A DNA stretch of 63,409 nucleotides, the filler included, from Pirum gemmata (Eukaryota), in assembly GCA_002812295.1 (NCBI GenBank). It is 17 parts of 17 records of this genome, joined end to end, with 100 filler letters (N's around TTAATTAATTAA, not from the genome) between each part and the next. Parts side by side here need not be neighbours in the genome. Positions count along the whole stretch, not along the records: positions 33,750 to 37,208 come from PDIN01002160.1; positions 37,309 to 40,936 come from PDIN01002161.1; positions 41,037 to 44,678 come from PDIN01002162.1; positions 44,779 to 48,452 come from PDIN01002163.1; positions 48,553 to 52,175 come from PDIN01002164.1; 12 more parts are not named here. One strand, given 5' to 3'. This document shows positions 37,044 through 48,807 of this stretch, piece after piece; the stretch's first letter is position 1; each line of letters begins with the position of its first letter. The position numbers were made by a program, and so were the translations under genes. Below the pieces are notes generated by a model. The model ran no database searches and had not been told where the DNA came from. It saw only the letters and a program-made list of their open reading frames with translations.

Positions 37044-37176
37044 TAAATGATGGCTAGTTAAGTAAGGAGCCATATAAAAATGTTTTTTTCTTTCTGGATA
37101 ATACAAGGTTACTATTACTATTATTATGTTTGTTATATTATTTAATAATTTATTTATTATTGTCATTATCATTATC

Positions 37177-37208
<32 letters not shown>

Positions 37209-37315
37209 NNNNNNNNNNNNNNNNNNNNNNNNNNNNNNNNNNNNNNNNNNNNTTAATTAATTAANNNNNNNNNNNNNNNNNNNNNNNNNNNNNNNNNNNN
37301 NNNNNNNNGCCAATC

Positions 37316-37450
37316 ATGTCCAACATCGACCAACTTACTGAGCAACTTAAAACTATGAAAATTGAGAAAGACACTCAAGAACTCGAAAATTATCAACTCG
37401 AAAGACAAAACTTGCGCAAACGAGTCGACGAACTCGAAACAAAGCTCTGA
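37316..37450 (+). CDS. Small coiled-coil ORF (44 aa), or the 3' end of a longer one
   Basis: MSNIDQLTEQLKTMKIEKDTQELENYQLERQNLRKRVDELETKL*; GC higher than flanks; lies at the contig start. Confidence 0.4.
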   Translation: MSNIDQLTEQLKTMKIEKDTQELENYQLERQNLRKRVDELETKL

Positions 37451-37636
37451 GGTCCAATTCGAAGAAATGGTCAAACGAGCCTGTTGCAAACGATAAAGAT
37501 AGGTGTTTGAGTGTTTTGTAGAAGATAACACAAATAAAAAAACGGATATATTTTTGTAAATATTTTATTATGAAAAAAACAACTAGAGTTTTCGTATATA
37601 TATTATTAATATTTTTTTTTTTTTTTTTTTTTTTTT

Positions 37637-37673
<37 letters not shown>

Positions 37674-37772
37674 ATTTTTTTGCATATAAATAACTAACCC
37701 TACAAAAATACAAAATTAAATTTTTTAATTTTTTTAATTCAAAAAACTTTATTATATAGTAAAAAAAATAAA

Positions 37773-37818
<46 letters not shown>

Positions 37819-37849
37819 ATATATAATTAAATAATATATATAATTAAAA

Positions 37850-38404
37850 ATGGATAATAGGTATTTAATTTTAACCAAAGATGGCACCGAGTATGAAGAC
37901 GTGAAGATAACCTTAACGTTTATAACTAGTAAAGTTATTCTGGATTTTCAAGCAGAGGGTGATATCATCATTAACGAAGAGGCTGTTAAAGCTCTTAAAT
38001 TAGAAATTGGAAATGTATACGATTACTTGTATAGTCTATGCATATACTATGGTCTTAATGGTAGAAATATTACCTGGTTCAAGAGTAAACGCGTTTTAAC
38101 ACACCTAAATATTCATGGGTGTTTATGTTGGTATAAACAACTGCAAATAACTGATACATTCTTCCTTGACATGGTTTTGGTGGAAGGAATGAGTGAATTT
38201 CAAACTTTGGAAAATGTTGCAGAATTTTTAATAATTGCATTGGAATTCGACAGGTCTGTTTTGTTTTTGAAACGTTTTTTGCATCAAATAATGGCTGCTC
38301 CTAACTTTAGAAATAAGGTTAATGTGTTTAGTTTGGTACTTAATAAGGTAGATCCTCGATTTCAAATGAAAGCAATTGAACTAATTATGACCTGCCTTGA
38401 ATAA
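37850..38404 (+). CDS. Hypothetical protein (184 aa), intronless
   Basis: AAAAATG start, globular amino-acid composition, sharp GC rise against the flanks; no motif recognised. Confidence 0.65.
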   Translation: MDNRYLILTKDGTEYEDVKITLTFITSKVILDFQAEGDIIINEEAVKALKLEIGNVYDYLYSLCIYYGLNGRNITWFKSKRVLTHLNIHGCLCWYKQLQITDTFFLDMVLVEGMSEFQTLENVAEFLIIALEFDRSVLFLKRFLHQIMAAPNFRNKVNVFSLVLNKVDPRFQMKAIELIMTCLE

Positions 38405-38793
38405 TAAGTAGGTGGGATCGATTCTCGATTTCAAATGAAAGCAATTGAACTAATTATGACCTGTGACTATGATTTAATAGTAGGGATTTAGCTAGCTAGC
38501 TAGAGAATAAGGGTTAGGGTTAGGGTTAGGGTTAGGGTTAGGGTACACCATATTATAGGTAGCTAGCTAAATCCCTACCTAGCTAGGTAGAGAAAAATAA
38601 TAAATAATAAATAAAATTTTTATAAATATTATAATTTTTTTTTTTTTTTTCAAATGCTTTTTTTTTTTGGTTTTTTTTTTGCAAAAATTGAAAACAGATG
38701 CCAATCTAGAGGGGTTATATGTTCATTTTACCTTCCTAGATGGTCATTCTAAACTCCAGAAAATATCCTTTCGACGACCTTCGACGATCTAAA

Positions 38794-38876
38794 GACTTTT
38801 ATCGACGACCTAAGGACTTTTATCGACAACCTAATGACTTTTATCGACAACCTAAGGACTTTTATCGACAACCTAA
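38794..38876. repeat. 21-bp minisatellite, about four copies
   Basis: GACTTTTATCGAC(A/G)ACCTAA(G/T) repeated. Confidence 0.85.
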
Positions 38877-38916
38877 GGGTATATATTCGCGACCTTATTA
38901 AAATAATTATCATTAC

Positions 38917-39033
38917 TGTTATGACGTCACATTACGTTACATTACGTAATATTATGACGTCATCGAAGCAGTACAAACAGTGTAACGAATGACGTCACAT
39001 TGCGTAATATTATGACGTCATCGATTGTGAACA
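38917..39033 (-). mobile_element. Putative 3' LTR (117 bp) of the Copia element
   Basis: On the minus strand, purine-rich AAGTGGAGG is immediately followed by TGTT...AACA; contains four TGACGTCA motifs. Confidence 0.55.
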
Positions 39034-39260
39034 CCTCCACTTAAGTGAAATTGAATCAACTTAAGTGTGATGACGTCATAATGACGTATCACTTAAGTGA
39101 CGTCATTATGACGTAACATCACTTAAGTGGACTCAGTGGTCAGTTGTGTTTATATATATATCGTCATTCTGTTGTTGTCGTCATTCGTGATGTCATCGTT
39201 TCATAGTCTTACTATAGTCTATCTATAGTCTATTTCAACATGAATCGTGTACTAGTATTT

Positions 39261-40936
39261 TCATTCGATTGCTGTGGTGTCCATAATTTGGCTCACGTAC
39301 TGGTTGTGTTTATGTTTTGGAAGTGGTTTCGTGAACATATCTGCGGGGTTATTTTCACCTTCTATCTTGAATATTTGAGCATGGTTTGCTGTGAATTGTT
39401 CTCGTGTATAGTGATATGCAATGTCTATGTGGCGTATATTTTTGATTGGAGCTCGGCCTTGTATTATTTGTTTAGCCCCGTGATTATCGATGTGCGCATG
39501 TATTTGAAGCTGTTGATGTTGATTCGGAAGTAATGATTGTATGTTGTTGATGTATTGGGTGGCGCGAAACCCTGCCATAGCTGCAATGAATTCTGCTTCG
39601 TTTTGTTGTATTGCTACATTGTTTGTTTGTTTTGCTTTCCAATCTACTACTGCGTTATTGTATAGTGTGTAGTATCCTATTGTAGTCTTAGCGCCCGGTA
39701 GGTCGGCCATTGAAGAATCGGTATATAAAATTAATTTGTCGTTGTTATGTGTTTTTCGTTTGGGGTAACTGATGCCGTAGTGACTGGTGTTGTATAGATA
39801 TTGTAGTGTGCGTATAGCAGCGTCGACGTGTTGTTGTGTTGGGTTGGTGCAGTGCGTGGCCAATTTGTGGGCTGTGTATGCTACGTCTGGTCGTGTACTA
39901 TCCGCTAGGTATCGTATGATTCCGATGTACATTAGAAATAGTTTGAGTAATCGTTTGGAAATGTGGTGGTTGTTGTGCGCTGATTGTTTGATGAGTTTTA
40001 CAAATGTGGTTGCCATTGGGGTGCTTATTTTTGTGTTGATTGGTATTCGAAGTTGTTTTATAACGTTTTGTATGTATTGTTGCTGGTGTATTTTCGTATG
40101 GGTCTCACTTTGCTTTATTTCCATGCCGATTATGACCTGTGCTTCTCCTAAGTGTTTCAGTGGGTACTGTTTGTTGATGGCGTCTATCAGTGTAGTGTCT
40201 GGTCCACATTTGTAAATGTCGTCTACATACAATCCTACTGCCGTTTTGCCATCGGGTGATATCGCTATGCATGATTCTACTGGGTGTATGTTATAGTTGT
40301 GTTGTCGTATTACATTACTCATGCTTTGATTAAATAGCATGGAAGCGTCACGCTTGCCGTACATAGCTACTCCGACCTGTATTGCGCATTGAAATTGATC
40401 GTTCGGGTCGTAATGTCGTGCTAGTAATCGTTGCTGTTCTGGTGATAGCTGTTCTTTGATTAAGTACATGCCTTGAGGGATATTGATGTATGTTGGGGTT
40501 GGTGTTGGTGTATGTAAGAATGCGTTGGAGACATCGTAATGCTGAATTGGTTGATTTATCTTGGCCGAATGTGCTATGAGTGTGCGTGTTGCTTCACGGG
40601 GTAGTACCGGGGAGTAAGTATCTTCTGCTGGTGGTCCTTGGTCGCCTCGACAATTCAGTCTTGCTTTATACCGCCCATCTTGTTTGATTTTTATTGCCCA
40701 TATTGTGTTGTACGTGTGTTCGTCGTCGGGAACGGATTTCCTATCCACTATTCGGAATTTTTCGTTTAACTTGATGTACGCGCTGAATTCGCTAACTATT
40801 GCTTCGATATATTGTTCCTTGTCAGGTTGATTGATTGCTTCTGTAAATGTAAGATGTGCGTGATAGTTGGTTTGTTCTAGTAATTCTATCATCTGTGTTG
40901 CTGGTGTGGTGTGTTGTATTTGTTCTTTGTGTGATG
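39261..40936 (-). mobile_element. Ty1/Copia LTR retrotransposon pol (RT + RNase H), 5'-truncated by the contig end
   Basis: YKARLNCRG, DTYSPV, YDVSNAFLH, LYVDD, TRPDVAY, YTDS, EAEFIA, IDN, RHIDIAYHYTRE, NPADMFTKPL; at least 543 aa uninterrupted. Confidence 0.96.
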
Positions 40937-42156
40937 NNNNNNNNNNNNNNNNNNNNNNNNNNNNNNNNNNNNNNNNNNNNTTAATTAATTAANNNNNNNN
41001 NNNNNNNNNNNNNNNNNNNNNNNNNNNNNNNNNNNNATAATTAGGGTTAGGGTCAGGGTTAGGGTTAGGGTTAGGGTTATGGTTAGGGTTAGGGTTAGGG
41101 TTAGGGTTAACGTTATATGGTTGGGGTTAGGGTTATGGTTAGGGTTAGGGTTAGGGTTAGGGTTAGGGTTAGGGTTAGGGTTAGGGTTAGGGTTAGGGTT
41201 AATTGGGGTTAGGGTTGGTTAGGGTTAGGGTTAAGGTTAGGGTTAGGAGCTGGTTAGGGTTAGGGTTAGGGTTAGTTAGGGTTATGGTTAGGGTTATTCA
41301 GGGTTATAATTAGGGTTAGGGTTAGGGTTAGGGCATGAGTGATATTAAACTGAAATGCATAATAATATTATTATAAATAAAAAAGAAAATGATACTATGT
41401 AGTATGTATAATAATACATTACGTCAAGGGGTAGGTAGGTAGTCGGTATTTGACCGGAAATTAACGTCAAGGGGTAGGTAGGTAGGGGGTATTTGAAGCT
41501 GTACAGGAAATTGGCGTTACGCAGTATTTGGAACTATTTGAATACTCCGTCTATTTCATTAGAGCTGCTCTCTCAATCTTTAATTTGGTACTGTTTAAGT
41601 GTATAATTGAACTTTTTTATAAAATACAATATTTATTATAAAATACCAAATTAATTAAAACATTCCCGATAGTTTAACCATAATAATAATTTGGTATGTT
41701 TACGTTTATTTTCAGTAATAATTAAAATGTATTATTAATATTATTTACAACTTGAACAAAAATTTGACATGAAAATTTGCGAATTTTCAAAATAATCAAA
41801 TCGCTTTTTTCGATTTATTATCGTCGTATCATAACCTTTCTATAATTAAAAGTTACCAAAATAAACATAACTTACAGCAAATTATAACTATTTGTCACCC
41901 TGAATATTTATTTGGTTGGTTATAATATTTAAATTGATATTTTTAAATTGATAATTAAATTGTAAAACATACCAAATTAAATAAAATGGATTATATTGTA
42001 TTAATTTGGTACTGTTTATTGTATATTTTATGATGATAAAACAGCTAAAAAGTACTAACTACTTAATAGTACCAAATAACTGATAATTTGTATCAAATTA
42101 TGGAGTAATGTCGACGTCTCATTGTTGAATAAGTTCCTAAAAGTTTTTTTTTTTTC

Positions 42157-42369
42157 CAAGCCGGATAAAACTGTAGAAACCATTTTTTTTTAGACTTCTT
42201 TTCTAAAAACCTTAATTATAACTAGCCAAATTATTTTTAAAAACTAGCAATTGATGTATAAAAGATTTTTTTAGTTACAAAACGTTCCAGAATTTGGTAG
42301 CATTATTATTAACATTGGATCATTTTGAGATTTTTGATTTGAACTCAGTTGCCATTTTCACCCGGCTTG
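42157..42369. mobile_element. MITE family D (copies 34162-34361 and 55121-55320; partial about 46900)
   Basis: TIR CAAGCCGGATAAAA...TTTTATCCGGCTTG with a shared internal sequence. Confidence 0.8.
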
Positions 42370-42779
42370 ATATCACAGACTAGTTAAAAAAAAAAAAAAA
42401 AAAAAAGTCGACCAAAACTAGACGAGTTTACAAAATACGACAGATAATTAAATAATTTTTTTTTTTGAATCTTCGCTTTCTAAAGTCTCAAAAACTTGCT
42501 GGGAGATACCCTACTACCCAGTCTACCCCCCGTGTAACGGCTGGTCACGTATGAGAAGGAACTACCACCCCTTATGATGTAAAGATTTGGAAAAAATCCT
42601 AAATTATTAATAATACTCGAAAAAACGAAAAAAAACGAAAAAAACCAAGTAAAAGAACAAAAAATTCATACTTAATTAAGTTTATTTTAGCTTTATTGTA
42701 CCCTAACCCTAACCCTAACCCTAACCCTAACCCTAACCCTAACCCTAACCCTAACCCTTAACAATAAGTCATATTAAAA

Positions 42780-44073
42780 ATGTTATCCACAATCGTATTC
42801 TTTTATCAAAATACCTTTTATATATACAATATCATTTGCTTTATATTTTACAATAAATAATGAACAACTCGAACCAATAAGTTATTCCCAAGGTCTCCAA
42901 TGATCCTGGGGTACGTCCATATTCAACGTCCAGAAGTTTTCAAGAGTGTTAATAGTTGTATCGTCTAGCAGGTATTGTAAATTGTAAACTATTAATATTG
43001 GCCCATGGGGATGTTCTTTATGTTTTGATTTTCGTCTTGTAAACTATAGGGGATGTTGTTTTGACTTTTGTGTTTTGGTTTTCGTCTTTTTTGTCTCACT
43101 TTTTCGTCTCCCTTTTTTGGAAATAGTTAAGAGAATCGAACTCTATTTATACCCACTTTACAATACAGCTATTGATACTTTATTATAACATTGATATTTT
43201 GGTTTCATACAAAATACAACGTTGTACTAGAATACCTGTCGATAAGACAGTGGTATTCTGAGAATACCTGTTGATAAGATTTATATGACATTGGTATTCT
43301 CAGAATACTTGCTTATAAGACACTGGTATGCATATGTTTATATCTAATCATACTGACGTCCTATTTGTTGTTTTAGGATTGAAGATAGTTAGGGTTTCCT
43401 GGGTTAGGGTTAGGGTTAGGGTTAGGGTTAGGGTTAGGGTTAGGGTTAACGAAATTAGGAATAGATTCACATCCAGCAGTATCCTTTGCTGCTTCATTAT
43501 TCAGTCTATCGGCTTTTCTTTGCTTTCTTCTTTAAATTTCTTTAATTGCTTTCCTCATATCGTCCATCGATTTCTCTGGCACCAACAGAAAAGGAACCCA
43601 AACAGACGCCATACCATAAGTACAATAAACTTCTCTATCATCTCTGTGGTTACGTTCTCTTATAGCCACAAGTTTAGTTGTACATGCAAAGCTAGGGTCA
43701 AAATCATGGAAATAGTCTGTAAGTGTTTCTTTTACGGTTACAATACCGGTACCTCATCAGTACTTACATTTTCACTAATTCTATGACAAGCAGCTTATTG
43801 AAGTAGAGTAGTAACCACAAGTTTCGCAAGTTCTATTATGAAGTGTTCTTAAAATGTCATACTTGGCAATTGATAATCAAATGGTAGGGTTTCACATTGA
43901 AAATCCAGTTTGTTTTGAAGCTGATACTCCTTGCTACTACGCAAAATCACATTTTCGAGAAATGTCATAATATTATTATACTTGTCATCGTAGTTGGCCT
44001 TTTGCCCTTCAACTCTCAAATCGCGTAAGCTTTCTTTTCCGTCATTATTAATATTAAATTTAAAATGCGTCAC
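42780..44073 (-). pseudogene. Degenerate coding sequence enclosed by the two halves of a Harbinger-type MITE
   Basis: Protein-like stretches broken by stops, frameshifts and a TTAGGG array (e.g. VKETLTDYFHDFDPSFACTTKLVAIRERNHRDDREVYCTYGMASVWVPFLLVPEKSMDDMRKAIKEI*). Confidence 0.45.
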
Positions 44074-45720
44074 GGCCTGTCACAAAAATCCGACCCCCCC
44101 ACCCCCCAGCGTTATGTAATTACGCTCCCTAATGTCATGTAATCGTTTTTTGGAGTTTATTTTTGAAAATTAAGCCGTAGATTACGATTTGGGGGTCTAA
44201 GATTACGATTTGGGAGTCTAAGATTTTGTAATCGTTTTTTGGAGTTTGTTTTTGAAAATTAAGCCGTAGATTACGATTTGGGAGTCTAAGATTTTCTTTT
44301 TAAGGACTGTAAAAAGGGCTACACATTGTGCACAATTCTATTCAAATTTCATGAGTGCTTTTCAGTTGTTAAATTTGTCATCATAAAATAAACAATAAAT
44401 AGTACCAAATTAATACAATATAAATCCATTTAATTTAATTTGGTATATTTTACTGTCTATGTATTTATTTAAAAATGTCAATTTAAAAATTATAACCACC
44501 CAAATAAATATTCAGAGTAACAAAATAAATAGTTCAAATAGAATAATAGTGTTCAAGCTTCAAAATGCTTTCTTTAGTTACGGCCACCCACAGACACAGT
44601 TTTGAATATTTTATGCTTTTGTTGGTATTAATATTAGGGGGTAGGGTTAGGGTTAGGGTTAGGGTTAGGGTTAGGGTTNNNNNNNNNNNNNNNNNNNNNN
44701 NNNNNNNNNNNNNNNNNNNNNNTTAATTAATTAANNNNNNNNNNNNNNNNNNNNNNNNNNNNNNNNNNNNNNNNNNNNAAAAAAAAAAAAAAAAAAAAAA
44801 AAAAAATAGCTGACAGATTTTCTATGGTGTGATAATAATAGAAGTCAAAAAAAATTTATGTCGGCCGAGGTCTACAATATACATATTATATTAGTGGTTG
44901 GGTTGAATGTGAAAGTTATTGTGTTTTTTACGAACCATTTTTTACACAACGTATATAATATTATTACCTCGTGGAGTAGTTTAGCGTAGTCTGACTCTAA
45001 CTAAACGAAATATAAACGAATGCAAGAGATAGAAGAAAGGGAAAAGAAGTAAGTAGACTCTAGAAAAAAGAAAAAGAAAATCAAATGCGGAAATGGGAAG
45101 TTCCCAACTTCCAACTTTTACAAGAAAAAGAATAACATCGTATGAGAAAGACAACGATCCTCTCTCCCCCTTTCCTTTCTTTCTTTAGAACAATATAAAT
45201 ATATGTTCATAACATTCCTATATATAGTCAATATAACCAAAAAAGAACCTAAAAATATATATATAGATGATTGTTAATTGGCTAGTAATGGCTTGGTACT
45301 CTTGGTACTAGTAGCTAGCACCGCTACTGGTCTCCTCAGAGCCGGATTTATCATACCAGACCCAAGGAGTCCGTCAGATCTCCGTTAGCCAAGGTACCGC
45401 AATTATAATTTTCTCCCAATAATTTCGCTATTGATAAATATCACTATTTTCTAATTTTTCGCTATTTCTCGCATTTATTCCCAATCCCGATTCCTGGACT
45501 GGTTGGTTCTTTCCCATAAAAAATGCGTTCATTGGTTAATAATTCAAAAGATGGCAATAGAAAATTAGAAATCGCAGAAAATACAAAAATTTAATTAATT
45601 TCAAAAGAAATAAGTTTTTTTTTCAGAGTAGAATTTCTATAGACGAGAATAATTATTTGAATAATTATTATTTGCAACTTTTTTTAAAAAAAAAAGAGTA
45701 GGGGTGAGATGAATTATTTT

Positions 45721-45952
45721 AGTAGGGGAGAGATGACGTCATTTTATTAATACCGAACAGCTGCCGGAACTTTTCCGATTTATGGTTCTTATTACTATTA
45801 ATAGTAATATTATTACTTTAATTGGTATCTACTATAATTAGATTTACTATTTTAAGTTATTTAACTGCTATTATTACTAAGGAACACGGAACTAAGGTTG
45901 GCTCGATAAGCATCTGTTCGAAAAAAGTTCCAGTAGATATCTCACCCCTACT
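45721..45952. mobile_element. hAT-like MITE, same family as 2108-2336
   Basis: AGTAGGGG(A/T)GAGAT...ATCTCACCCCTACT; left end duplicated at 45697. Confidence 0.8.
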
Positions 45953-47488
45953 AACTTTGTCTTTTTTTCTTCCATTTGTTCGGTAGATCAGTCGGTAGTC
46001 TGTAGACAGACCTAGTTTGGAATCATCCATAATTTACGTCACCTAATCTTACCTATGCCTCTTTGTCCAAAACGCTTTTGGTCATAATTTTAAAGTTCAT
46101 TTTAATTAATAATTAACTACTACTTTTAAAACAGTTTAAGTCACACTTTCGAGCAATGACTTCTATCAAAGAATAAGCGACGTTCTTTATGAATGTTTAG
46201 CTGAGTCTACTAGTACTACTTACTATTATCTAACTAAACGTTCCCTTATACTTCATTATTATAACAGCAATTACTATTATTTTAATATTATTATTATTAT
46301 TATTATTATTGTTCACTTTAATAAGCTTTAATAAGGCATTTATTTGTTGTGCTGTTACAGTGTTTGTTACTAATGTTATACTAATCATATTTATCTAGCT
46401 AATAAATCAGTAAAATTTTTAATATCGACAGTTTATTATGCATTTAATATTATGATGTAATATTATTATATGGTTGGAAGGTTGTTATTGACGTAGCACT
46501 CCTCATTGTTGACGTACTAAATGATGTCATAAAAAGAATTTATACCCCAGACTTCAACCAATGGAAAATTAATATATTAAAGTAAGAACTTCATTGGCTA
46601 TGTCTAAGTGACTTTTTGCTGCCCAAAAGGCCACTCGGCAACCTAGCTAGCTAGTGCTAGGATATAATATTATAATTCTTTTTTTTTTTTTTGCTATAAT
46701 GCGTTTCAGTTGTTTTGTCATCATAAAATATACAATAAAGAGTACCAAATTAATACAATATAAATTCATTTTATTTAATTTGGTATATTTTATAATCTAA
46801 TTAGTAATTTAAAAATATCAATTTAAATTATTATAACCAACAAAATAAATATTCAGAGTGACAAAATAAATGAAAAGCACAATACCTATATTGTATGACA
46901 CCAACTGGATAAAAATGGCGACATCTCGACTACTCGACATCCGCCATTTATGAGCTCAAAAATCCAAAAAATCTCAAAATGGTTTCATAGCTTTAAAAAA
47001 AAAAAAAAGTAAAAACAACCTTTAGAAAAGCTCTAAAAGAGTTGTAAAAGTACCTTTAGTAGAAAGCAAAAAACAACAAGTCAATAACAACAACAAAAAA
47101 AAGACTTAGTCTAGTTCCCTCTTTAAAACAAGAACTTGCCTCTAACTACCCGGCTAACGTACTTAAAATTATAATTATGGTTAAACTATCAGACATGTTT
47201 TAATTAATTTTTGGTAATTTATATTTAATATTGTATTTTACAAACAAGTTCGATTATACACTTAAACAGTACCAAATTAAATTCTACTAGCTATCATAGT
47301 AGCTATTTTAGTACTGCCAGTTGTCTGCCCTCCATTTCGTTTCTAGCTAGCTATCATAGTATGATAGCTAGTCTAGTAGTAGCATTTCGTTACTATTTCG
47401 TTTTGGGTTTTGGAAATTTGGAGCCGTTTTGGCCGCATTTGGGGGACCAATTTTGGGCATCTTGAAAGAGTCAAATCAGTTTGTCAAA

Positions 47489-47553
<65 letters not shown>

Positions 47554-48640
47554 GTTGTTTGTATTTGTCTATTTTAATTTTTTAATATTGTATAATTATT
47601 TATTTATAAAAGTAGTTTGCAACAAACGCTTTGTTTTGTTTTAGTTTTGTTTTGTTTTGTTTATCATTGATGTCTAGCTAGTATTAGTAAGTAGCATTAA
47701 TTGATTCGAGTTATTCGTGCATGTGAATTTGAAATAATTATTATTGTTTTTGTTGTTGTTATAATATTATTATTAATAATTGTTGGTTTTTGTTGTTTGT
47801 TTGTTGTTGTTGTTGTTTGCTGTTTGTTTGTTGTTGGTTTGTTGTTTGTTTGTTGTTGGTTTGTTGTTGGTTTGTTGTTGGTTTGTTGTTGGTTTGTTGT
47901 TGGTTTGTTGTTAGTTTGTTGTTAGTTTGTTGTTGGTTTGTTGTTTAAGTTCGTTTGTTGTTTGTTTGTTGTTTGCTTGTTTGTTGGTTTGTTGTTTGTA
48001 TGTTGTTTAAATTTGTATGTTGTTTGTTTGTTGTCTGTTGTTGTTTGTTGTTTGTTGTTTGTTGTTTGTTCTTTGTTGTTTTTTGTTCTTTGTTTTTTGT
48101 TTGTTGTTTGCTGTTTGCTGTTTGCTGTTTGCTGTTTGCTGTTTGTTGTTTGTTGTTTGTTGTTTGTTGTTTGTTGTTTGTTGTTTGTGTTTTTGTATTG
48201 TTTGCAATTGTTTATTATTTATTAAATTGGTTTGTTTGTTGTTTGTTTGTTGTTTGTTTATAATAAATTAATTTTGTTTGTTTAATTTTGTTTGTTTAAA
48301 TTTGTTTGCTGTTCAAAAGTTTGTATTATTGTTTGTTTGTTGTTTGTTGTTTGTTGTTTGTTGTTTGTTGTTTGTTGTTTGTTGTTTGTTGTTTGTTGTT
48401 TGTTGTTTGTTATTTGTTGTTTTTTTGTTGTTGTTGTTGTTTTTGTATTGTTNNNNNNNNNNNNNNNNNNNNNNNNNNNNNNNNNNNNNNNNNNNNTTAA
48501 TTAATTAANNNNNNNNNNNNNNNNNNNNNNNNNNNNNNNNNNNNNNNNNNNNTTGTTGTTGTTGTTGTTGTTTGTGTTGTTGTTGTTGTTGTTGTTGGTT
48601 GTTGTTGTTAGTAATAGCAATAATAATAATAATAATAATA

Positions 48641-48673
<33 letters not shown>

Positions 48674-48713
48674 CGTGTTCGTAAAAGTGATATAATTGTT
48701 GTATTATATATAA

Positions 48714-48757
<44 letters not shown>

Positions 48758-48807
48758 TAAATATTAAGTTAAAATAATTGATACTCTGAAATTAAATACC
48801 CTGAAGA

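Noticed and set aside
41037..41333. True chromosome ends at contig-terminal telomeric arrays
   Set aside because: At several contig ends the orientation is wrong for a terminus (TTAGGG at a contig start, CCCTAA at a contig end) and the arrays are degenerate; contigs simply break at simple repeats
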